DNA of 64,000 nucleotides from Octopus vulgaris (taxonomy: Eukaryota). The notes beneath the pieces were generated by a model that was not told the DNA's origin, ran no database searches, and saw nothing but the letters and a program-made list of their open reading frames with translations. The first letter of the stretch is position 1; each line of letters opens with the position of its first letter. Location: the NCBI GenBank assembly GCA_951406725.2, contig OX597842.1, positions 18,662,001 through 18,726,000 of the forward strand, read 5' to 3'. This document shows, piece by piece, positions 1 through 64,000 of this stretch. The position numbers were made by a program, and so were the translations under genes.

Positions 1-578
1 GAGAAAAAATAATTCACAAAAAATAGTCTGTGAAGATACCATAGACTATTTTATTATCTAGTGTAACTATTTAAAAATGAAAATAACAGAATCAAGAAAA
101 TAGGCAATTGCAGCTCTACAAAAAAAAAATAACATTAAGTAGCTGAAGTTTTAAAATCTATCAGAGGACATACGAAGTATGTTTACCCGCTGGAAATAAC
201 AGTTGAATCTCCTATTTAAATCGCCAAAATACACTGATAATGACTACAGAAATCAACCGTCCGAAGGCAAACGGACAAAGACGATCTCCCAACTTACATT
301 TAAATATTTGGACTCACATGGACGGGTTTCTACACTGGCAAAAATAGCCTCAGCTTCTTCAGCTCGTGTTACTATGATAGAGACTTCCAACCCGTCGGGT
401 TGAATTCTGCGCTTTGACAGATTCGTTTTGTGCCGAGATCAAGTTGGGAGGTTGATTGTCTTCGCCCGTTTGCCTTCGGACGGATGATTTTGGTAGTTAT
501 TGTCAGTGTATTTTTGGCGGTTTAAATAAGAGTTTTGACTGTTATTTCCACCCGGTAGACATACTTAGTATGTACTTA

Positions 579-807
579 GATTCATTTTCATATACATACA
601 TACATACACACATACATACACACATGCATACATACATATATACATAAATACACACATACATACACACATACATACATACACACATACATACACACATACA
701 TACATACGTACGTACGTACGTACGTACATACATACATACATATATACACACATACATACACATATACATACATACATAAATAAATACATATATATATATA
801 TATATAT

Positions 808-855
<48 letters not shown>

Positions 856-870
856 GTATGTATGTATGTA

Positions 871-922
<52 letters not shown>

Positions 923-930
923 CGTATATA
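579..930. repeat. Compound (TACA)/(TA)/(CA) microsatellite
   Basis: Directly visible. Confidence 0.95.
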
Positions 931-932
931 TA

Positions 933-1234
933 GAGGCGCAATGGCCCATTGGTTATGGCAGCGGACTCGCGGTCGGAAGATCGTGGTTTCGATTCCCAGA
1001 CCGGGCGTTGTGTGTGTTTATTGAGCGAAAATACCTAAAAGCTCCACGAGTCTCCGACAGCGAGTGGTGGCGACCCCTGTTGTACTCTTTTGCTCCAACT
1101 TTCTCTCACTCTTCCTGTTTCTTGGGTAACGCTGCGATGGACTGGCGTCCCGTCGAGCTGGGGAGAACAAATAATCCACAGAAACCGGGAAACCGGGCCC
1201 ATGATCCTGGCTAGGCTTGAAAAGGGTGCATAAA
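933..1234 (+). mobile_element. tRNA-derived SINE family B
   Basis: gaggcgcaatggccc..ggtt...gtttcgattccc head with A/B boxes; paralogous copies elsewhere in the window. Confidence 0.8.
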
Positions 1235-1252
1235 TATATATATATATATACA

Positions 1253-1470
1253 ATAATATGTTACATTACTCGATAGTCAAGATAAAATTTTTTTAGTTTT
1301 ATAGCCAGATAACCGAAGAGATGGTGTTGTGGATTTCCACTTTGGCATCTGGAACTCAGAGTTTTATCTTGACTATCGAGTAATGTAACATATTATTGTA
1401 TAGATAAATTTCCTCTATTTACATAATATTGAGGTCTATTTCTTTCTTTTGTCATCTTACCGTTTTACCA

Positions 1471-1472
<2 letters not shown>
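1253..1472. mobile_element. Solo Penelope pseudo-LTR fragment in foldback form
   Basis: Matches 39050-39145 and 41605-41776; inverted arms aataatatgttacattactcgatagtcaagataaaa. Confidence 0.75.
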
Positions 1473-1525
<53 letters not shown>

Positions 1526-1599
1526 GTATAATGATATACACGAAAACACACGAATGCATACATAGATATACATTCGGTGTGAATGTTTTTTTATTATTG

Positions 1600-1920
1600 C
1601 GGCACCGTGACTTAAAAATGTGAGTCACGTTTTCGACCCTCTTCCCACACATTCTGCAGAGGTCCGCTGCACTCGTCTGGTATATTTTCTTTTTCCCTGA
1701 GTCGGTATTCAATGCCTGGCAGCGATGATGAGGATTCCAGGATTCTCTCTTAGGTCCCCCCTTGTTGAGCCACCTCCATGATGCTTCGTGGTCTTTTAAT
1801 TATTATCACCATAATCATCATCATCCTCATTATCGTATCGTCGTCATCATCATCATCATCTTAATTATCATCATCCTCATCATCGTCATCGTCGTCATCA
1901 TCATCATCATCATCTCAATT

Positions 1921-1965
<45 letters not shown>

Positions 1966-2300
1966 GTCGTCGTCGTCGTCGTCGTCTTCGTCATTCTTTT
2001 TTAGGTCCCCCCCCTTGTTGAGCCACCTCCATGATGCTTCGTGGTCTTTTAATTTGTGGGTTTCAGGGTGGAATTGACTATATAATTCCAAAGAGAAGTA
2101 GGGTTTCTTCTCCTTTGTTGGCTGTTCTTGTTCGGAACTCACGTCCACTCTCGAGTCCATTTTTGTTAAATCCTTCTACATTAGCAGCATATTATAGCAG
2201 GTCATATTTGCTATTTACCAAAATATTCTGCCATGTTTCTTCTTTCTTTGGACCATAGCTCTTGATTGTTACGTCCGTTATGAGCTGGTTGTTACAGGAA
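1600..2300 (-). mobile_element. Degenerate RLE-type (R4-like) non-LTR retrotransposon fragment interrupted by (ATC/GTC)n
   Basis: CRMCGKRVENVTHI zinc-knuckle and S..WL..G motif, similar to the 32971-33810 ORF. Confidence 0.55.
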
Positions 2301-2436
2301 AGACGTGTTTTCCAACTACGCATGCTCTACTTAATCAGTGCACACACGTTCTCAGCCATTCCTCACATGTCCAGTGTTTCCAAAATTCACGAATGCGCCA
2401 ACATGTCGTAATCCTTTTCGAAGTCTATCCAGGCCC

Positions 2437-2862
<426 letters not shown>

Positions 2863-3569
2863 TTTTTGACCATATCAGTCGTGTATTTCAACGCTCCGAA
2901 AGAGCTTGTTTTTAAAGTAATTCTTACACCAGTCGGTGTCGCTGTTTCATCGAATATTTGTTCCCGCTTGTTAATAGAAACTCCAGGAACTCATCATTGG
3001 TGTTTCTGTGTCTGCTTAGCTCCTCACGGAGCCATATTCGGCCGGTCAAATATGTTCGGAGGGTGCGTAATCATTTGCAATTCAACAAGATGGCAGAGCG
3101 TATCTTGAAAGAGTGGAGGTAAAAAAAAGAATAGAACTGCACTCCGCACCTGAAAAAAGTGGGGGGGATGTTTGAATGCTAAAGATTTTCCTCCGCTCTC
3201 GTCCGTTACTGACAACCGTATTAGCAGGTATGAAAATATTAGCAAAAGCAGTGACAGGAACGGTTGCGGCGGAGACAGCGGCGGCTGTAGGGGTAGCGTC
3301 AACAACAGAATTCAGAAGACAATGGAAGGCGGTGAGGGTAGTGTGCAGGGTGGAAACGGTGGAAGTGGCTACAACTGCACCACCACCACCAACAACAACA
3401 ACAACAACTGCCGTTCAAGAATTTGGACCTGGAGATCTCCATTTCCAGCGACTTCGAGGGCCACCTCCCAGTGGTGTCGGGCGTCAGCGAAGAGCCCTCG
3501 ACTACAACAAGACGACCAAAGAAAGGTCTTTTGTATTGTTGCTTGTGTGATCCAAGATCCAGAGTTATT

Positions 3570-3991
3570 TCTATTTCTTCACTACCCACAAGGGGCTAAG
3601 CACAGAGAGAACAAACAAAGACAGACAAACGGATTAAATCGGTTATATCGACCCCCAGTGCGTAACTGGTACTTAATTTATCGACCCCGAAAGGATGAAA
3701 GGCAAAGTCGACCTCAGCGGAATTTGAACTCGGAACGTAACGACAGACAAAATACATATATATATTTCTTTATTACCCACAAGGGGCTAAACACAGAGAG
3801 GACAAACAAGGACAGACAAACGGATTAAATCGGTTATATCGACCCCAGTGCGTAACTGGTACTTAATTTATCGACCCCGAAAGGATGAAAGGCAAAGTCG
3901 ACCTCGGCGGAATCTGAACTCAGAACGTAGCAGCAGACGAAATACCGCTAAGCATTTCGCCCGGCGTGCTAACGTGTCTGCCAGCTCACCG
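3570..3991 (-). mobile_element. tRNA-derived SINE family C with duplicated 3' half
   Basis: Reverse complement ggtgagctggcag..gttagcacgccgggcgaaatgcttagcgg head; 3570-3750 is repeated at 3765-3940. Confidence 0.75.
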
Positions 3992-4680
3992 TTATTTCTG
4001 GAGATGAAAAGGAGCTGCAGAAACAAAAAGGTGCGGGATCAACTTCGAAATATTACTCCATGTGAAACCAGAACATCTAAAGGATCTTGGACCTGATTCA
4101 TCTGCCCAATGGGGTGGAACTGCATGTCGTCGCGGAAGGCAGGAAGCCCAGATCTGACACATGTGGGTCCACAAACCTTATGAGAGCCTTGTGACTCCAA
4201 AATTCGGAAGGTACGAGGACATACCTGCGGCCTCCATCGCACTCCCAACAACAGAGTTCTTTTAATAGAACTGCAACCTCACTCCCAACAAGAACAGAGG
4301 CACGTGAAACCCATACAACGGGGAAAACTACACAGGGTATCTATCACACTATCTCCCTCTCAGCCCCTTTCAAGCATACGCTCACACAACGTCGCTCACA
4401 CTATCACAGAAACACCCACATTCACAGAGACATGTCATACAGACACTAGATACAGGAAAGATACAGGATAGATTATAGGAAGGTTTACGTCAATATCCAA
4501 CACAGCTGAATCTAGGAGTATTTGTGGAGGCTCGAAATCCATGAGATGTTAAACAACTCTCGGTAATTGCATTCCAATGACGTAAACAAATACTAATAGA
4601 AACACGATACATATACACATGCTAGCACTTGACAGGGACAATGAACACACAAACATATATGTATATATATATAATATATA

Positions 4681-4716
<36 letters not shown>

Positions 4717-5796
4717 TAAATAAAAGAATGGAGTTGAACGACGAATTAACAAAATCCCTTTATTCTCGACATATGTTTCGAAGGCTGCATATTCCTAATT
4801 TCGAAGGAATAAGGTGTGCATTATGCCGCCTTCTCATCAGGAAAAACAAGGAAAAACTTATGTCAGCATCAAGATGAACAACAACTTTTAGATGAATGCC
4901 CACACGGGCAGTCATGGGCTCTGTGTGGGCAGTAATAACCATTATAATTTATGCGTCTCGAAACAAACCGATAGAAATTTCTAAAAAATCTGTTATTACC
5001 GTATTCGAAATGTGCTGAAGATTTTCTATTTTGTATATATTTGGTACTTAAGTCTGCTCAGGACTTAATGCTTGCCTTTTCCATGGGTATGAGTAAGTAT
5101 TTCATCTATATCTCACGTATTTATCGCTGAAGAGGGGAAAATTCTTATGAATTAACCCCGAAATGTGGACTGAATAATTATACCTCTGCCCTCTCAGTCC
5201 GCCAACGTCTTTGACAGACTACGAGGCTACAAACAGTAAAGTGTCAAAACAGTATTTTCTGTAGTGGATTAATTGACATTTTAAGCCGAGATAGTAATCG
5301 TAACATTTTAAATTCAGTTAACACACGGCTAATGGCGGTTTTTAAAGAATTAATGTTGTGAATGGTGTATAAATATAAAAAAAGTCTTCTAGTGCTGGCT
5401 GGCAATGGATGAGCGCCACCACGTTAAGCAAACTTCGTATTGCGCATAGTGCAATCAGCCAACAATTTAGAAAGTGGAAGCGGATCGTTCAGGTAATTTC
5501 AGTGGATTGCTGGTTTGCGGAATCAGGTCTCATATTCAGTGTTTTTGTTCAAATAAATGATGAAGAATGCTCGATAAATATTAATGGTACAAAGGTGGGA
5601 AACGGATGCATTTTCCAGACAATAGCGTACACCATCGAATAACATGCATCTAGTGGAGATACAGCCGATGACGTTGAAAAACAAAACACTTAAAAAGCAA
5701 TTACAACTAGGCTTTGTATTAAGTTTGCTTATTGGATGCAGCTGCAATTTTAAACAGTAAATCTGTATGAGGAAGCAGAAACTTTATTAAGTGTTT

Positions 5797-6093
5797 ATCA
5801 CCGTGATCACCGTGACCGACAAGGCTATCAGATGTTGTTATACATCGCTGGTCACAATGCACTTTGCATTGTTTTAGCCTTCAAATGATGCCACCCCGCT
5901 GGCTAAGTGAGCAGGCCAACAGAAGAAAGAGTGGAGAAAGTTGTGGTGAAAGAGTACAGCAGGGATCGCTACCACCCCCTGCCGGAACCTCGTGGAGCTT
6001 TAGGTGTTTTCGTTCAATGCCCTGTCTGGGAATCGAAACCACGATCCTATGACCGCAAGTCCGCTGCCCTAACCACTGGGCCATTGTACCTCC
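5797..6093 (-). mobile_element. tRNA-derived SINE family B
   Basis: Reverse complement of the family B head; approximate TSD attaa(g)gtgtttat. Confidence 0.75.
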
Positions 6094-6369
6094 AAATTAA
6101 GGTGTTTATAAAGTATTATAAATATTGAAAAAATTACAATTGATGTTATATTTGGAGCCGGCACTATAGAAGTAAATCAATTTTGTTACTTTTCTTTTAA
6201 GATTTGACATTTAAATACACACACACACTCACACACATTACACCCCCACCCCCACACACACACTTTCTCTCGCTCTTTCTTCTGTTGACCTGCTCGCTTA
6301 GTACGGGATTCAAGCCTCTTCTTATTTCCTCAAAGACATACAGCATCTCGAAAGAGTCCAGAAGCTGGC

Positions 6370-6811
6370 TACCCGCATGGTTCTTGGTCTCAAGCATTTG
6401 TCTTATGAAGAAAGGCTGAAGACGCTCGACCTTTATTCTCTAGAAAAACGACGACGCTGTGGTGATCTCATTCTTGCTTACAACATCATAAGCGGAAAAT
6501 GTAACCTCTCGAAAGAGCTGTTCTTCACTCCTGCTCCAGAGCGTCGGCTGCGGGGTCACACCGAAAAGCTCTATCTGCGACGATTTCATCTCAATGGAAG
6601 GAGAGGGGCTTTCACCGTCCGGGTTGCGGATCCGTGGAATAAGCTGTCGGACGAGATAGTGAAGATGCTGGCGACTGTTCGGTTCAAAGTCTCCCTTGAC
6701 CAGAAATGGCCTGAACTCTTTGCATGAACACCCACCCTGTACGTAACTCCATGTCCCCCTACATGGCCTTGCTTTTTGCTTTTTGAACCCCAAAATTAAC
6801 TAACTACCTAC

Positions 6812-6894
<83 letters not shown>

Positions 6895-6895
6895 C

Positions 6896-6931
<36 letters not shown>
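6370..6931 (+). mobile_element. 3' end of CR1/L2-group LINE with (TAAC)n tail
   Basis: GLKHLSYEERLKTLDLYSLEKRRRCGDLI...RGH..KL...RVADPWNKL, the typical CR1-group ORF2 C-terminus, followed by a tandem repeat tail. Confidence 0.85.
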
Positions 6932-6932
<1 letters not shown>

Positions 6933-7322
6933 ATATATATATACAAATGTGTATGCGTGTGTTTGTGTGTGTGTGCGCGAGAGTTTCTATATTCGATTTC
7001 GATTTTCGATTTTTCCAGTTTCAGCTAATGAGCTGTGGCCATGCTGGGGCACCGCCATTTGTATGTTTGTTTCAGTTTTTATTTGACATTATCACTCATT
7101 AAAAATTATCTATAATTACTCGCATCACATTAGTTTTTCGAGTTTCCGTTTTGTTTTAACGTTAATTATCACATTCAAAGTAAGCGAAACCAGTGAAATA
7201 TATCTCATGAAACAGGTGGATAATCTTTGTTCTTCGAAGAATCTGCAATATGAATGAAATAATACTGGAGTGTCTGATATTTTGTGTTTCCTTCTTTTAC
7301 AGATTAATCTACGCATGAAAAT

Positions 7323-60989
<53,667 letters not shown>

Positions 60990-61031
60990 GTAAGTGAAAA
61001 TTCGTCTCGAAATACAGTAGTTGTGGTTGTA

Positions 61032-61380
61032 GTGAAGGCGCGTGGCTCAGTGGTTAGAGCGTCGAGCTTACGATCATGAGGTTGTGAGCTCGAATCCCGG
61101 ACCGGGCTGCGTGTTGTGTTCTTGAGCAAGACACTTTATTTCACTCAGCTGTAGAAATGAGTTGCGACGTCACTGGTGCCCAGCTGTATCGGCCCCTTTG
61201 CCTTTCCCTTTGGACAACATCAGTGACGTGGAGAGGGGAGGCCGGTATGCATGGGAGACTGCTGGTCTTCCATTAAAAAAACCCAAAACAAACAACCTTT
61301 CCCAGACTTGTGCCTCAGAGGGTAACTCTCTAGGTGCAAACCCATGGTCAGTGTCTGACCGAAGAGGGTCACCACACCGG
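61032..61380 (+). mobile_element. tRNA-derived SINE family D
   Basis: gaaggcgcgtggctcagtggttagagcgtcg...ctcgaatccc tRNA head followed by a ttgtgttcttgagcaagacacttta core. Confidence 0.7.
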
Positions 61381-62456
61381 TTGTAGTAATAGGAGCGGTA
61401 AATGTGTCTTTGAATGTGTGTTTCATAACGCCCTCGGTGTGCGTGTGTGTGTGTATGAATATCTGTGTGTGTATGTCTGTGTGTGTTTCTGATTAAAGTT
61501 ATCTACCAAGTGGTAAAATGTGGTACTGAACCTTTTGAGCTCTCAAACTTGTGTTCATCTCCTTCAACGGCGGACCAGGAATTACAACCGTGTTTCGTGG
61601 TCTGCTACCACAACAGCTCCTTTATAGGATCCAGTTAGCTCAAGACATCATCAGGAGGAACCACGTCCGGTTTCGGCCCCTACTCCTCTACCGTTTTGAC
61701 GTGGCATCCCCCCCCTTTCGGAGGTGTCTTCAGCTCTGGTGTTGGGTGCATGTCTTCTTTCTTCTTCTTTCTTCTGTTCCCTGGCCTCTTCGATGTATCG
61801 TCAGCGAGTCTCAGTCGGTGACTGACTGTCTTGTCAAATTTTTTTCTTTAAATACCTGCCGCATAGGCTCCAGCAGGCAGCCCCAGCAAGTTGTCACGTG
61901 ACACTGTCTCACCTTAACTGACTAGTGAAGGCGCGTAGTTTTAGCCCGCGCTTTTTCTAAACGACCGTCGCCTGTCAGTCAGCGAAACTGATTCAGTGTC
62001 AGCTTGTCTAACCTAATGATGTTATTTCCCGTCGGCGTGTTTATGACTTTCAAGCCATTTTCAGTCTTCCTGCTTCAGCCATATATAGAAGATGGCTTTT
62101 TCGACCGCCTCCTGTACTCTCCTTATTAGTTTACGCAGCTTGAATTAGTTCCAAAAATGTAATTACCAAAGTTAATGCTTAGGAGATTTGAATTTATTAT
62201 CATATCGTTAAAATGTTTTAATAACTTTCTGTAGAATGACAAAGTAGATGAAGAAGCGGCAAAACAATCATTATGGCAAAACAATCATAGGCGCAGGAGT
62301 GGCTGTGTGGTAAGTAGCTTGTTCACCAACCATACGGTTCCGGATTCAGTCCCACTGCGTGACACCTTGGGCTATTGTCTTCTACTATAGCCTCGGGCCG
62401 ACCAAAGCCTTGTGAGTGGATTTGGTAGACTGAAACTGAAAGAAGCCCGTCGTATA

Positions 62457-62527
<71 letters not shown>

Positions 62528-62740
62528 CGGGAAGCTTTATGAAAATAAACAAAGGACGAAGGCAGGTGGAAAACAAACGAACAATTGTATTAGTATGGCG
62601 CTCAGGAAATATAAATAAAACAAGTCTTTAACGTTTCGAGCCTACGCTCTTCAACAGAAAGATACACAGAGAGAGAAAAACACAGAAAGAAGGGAGAAAA
62701 AAAATGCGTGCAGTAGCTAACGAATCAACATGGCGATCTG

Positions 62741-62800
<60 letters not shown>

Positions 62801-62959
62801 TTCTGTGTCTGTGTTTGTCCCCCCAATATTGTTTGACAACCGATGCTGGTGTGTTTACGTCCCAGTCACATAGAATATATATATAACAATTTAACAAATA
62901 AAACTTATGCATACATACATACATATATGTACATACCTACATCTATATGTATATGTACA

Positions 62960-63023
<64 letters not shown>

Positions 63024-64000
63024 TACAGGACACCACAAATAAACGTAGAACACAATGAGAAACGAAAACATAAAATCAAACAAGGAAACGGACTTTTTTT
63101 TTAACAACGAAAAAACAGAGTACAAGACAAACAATACAAGAAATATTCCCCTGTGTGTGTGTGTGTGTGTGTAAATGGTTGAATGAATAGTCCTTTGTTT
63201 AATGTTAACAGGGAAAAATCATTAAACAGTTACCAGGATAGCAAAATTCACGCAAGTAACAAGGATGTAGCGACCTATTCAAAGGTAGAAACTCCGGGTT
63301 AATATGCAGTAATTTGTGTAGTATAAGTAAATAAATGGAGTTGAACGCAGATGTTATTCAAACTCTTTTAATTTCGACATATGTTTCGAAGACAACATTT
63401 GTTTTATTCCAAAGGAATAAACGGTGTAAAATAATATAATCTCATCAGGAACGAAAGAGAACCTATCTCAACAACAAGACATTATAATAATTCGATGACT
63501 GCATAAATGATAAACAGAACGCTATTAAGTATTAAAAAAAACCGTTAGTAGATCCGACGTCAAAGGCAGACCCTTATATATATATATATATGCACCCCCC
63601 CATTTGCCTACATAACAGCCTAACAGCAAATGTACTTATGTATGTGTATTTTGTGGGTATTGGGGTATCAGAACCTTCTACGTGTATTTCCCATTAAGTA
63701 CGGGGGATGTTTCATTTATGAGGACACCTGATGGATCCTTCAGGTGCTTGGATAAAATGTGAATGTCAAGTCGACAGCGTGTCTCCATGTTAGTCTGTAG
63801 CATGCTGGTAGAGTATGGAATACTGTTTTTTTTTTTTGCCATCATATACCCCAAGTAATTATTTAATCACTCCGCAATACTTCTAGATGTTTTTCCAATG
63901 TATCCCATGTTCTTGTCTTTACAGGCACCCTCTGTGCATTTATGCTGTTGACTACACTTGTAGTTTTACATTTAATGCCATAGGTAGTCTTATATACTAC

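Noticed and set aside
933-1010. tRNA-like sequences (also 31761, 37596, 55731, 61032)
   Set aside because: They are SINE heads continuing into repeat bodies, several with TSDs; no complete cloverleaf with terminator.
3172-3828. 218-aa ORF and GC-richer segment upstream of the gene
   Set aside because: No recognisable domain or splice context, and its 3' part runs through an antisense SINE.
62235-62290. Candidate next exon after tttctgtag
   Set aside because: The required phase 1 gives an immediate TGA; no GAIN exon was found in 61-64 kb.

Overview
This is AT-rich, microsatellite-dense eukaryotic DNA. The SINE families, Penelope/Helitron content and (TA)n/(TATG)n density suggest an octopus or other coleoid cephalopod genome (inference). 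Most of the supplied ORF track is microsatellite noise. The main hidden feature is one + strand multi-exon gene at 7303-60989, continuing past the window, which I assembled by hand from GT-AG sites into 24 exons and about 748 stop-free codons. Its order is: signal peptide + LRRNT, fifteen 72-nt phase-2/2 single-LRR exons, LRRCT, a 12-Cys Ly6/uPAR three-finger-like domain, a SEA-like domain and a hormone-receptor (HRM)-like domain. This fits the ectodomain of an unusual adhesion GPCR, with GAIN/7TM expected downstream but not visible here. The LRR array grew by recent tandem duplication of exon+intron modules and shows exon-loss scars, a possibly chimeric exon and mostly amino-acid-changing differences between copies. 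Every LRR exon can be skipped in frame, so this is a candidate variable or combinatorial LRR receptor. The introns carry tRNA-SINEs, Helitron-type elements, a Penelope element, several minimal hammerhead-ribozyme motifs, R4/Dong-like and CR1-like LINE pieces, mariner/Tc1 remnants, a hAT MITE and several long foldback palindromes.
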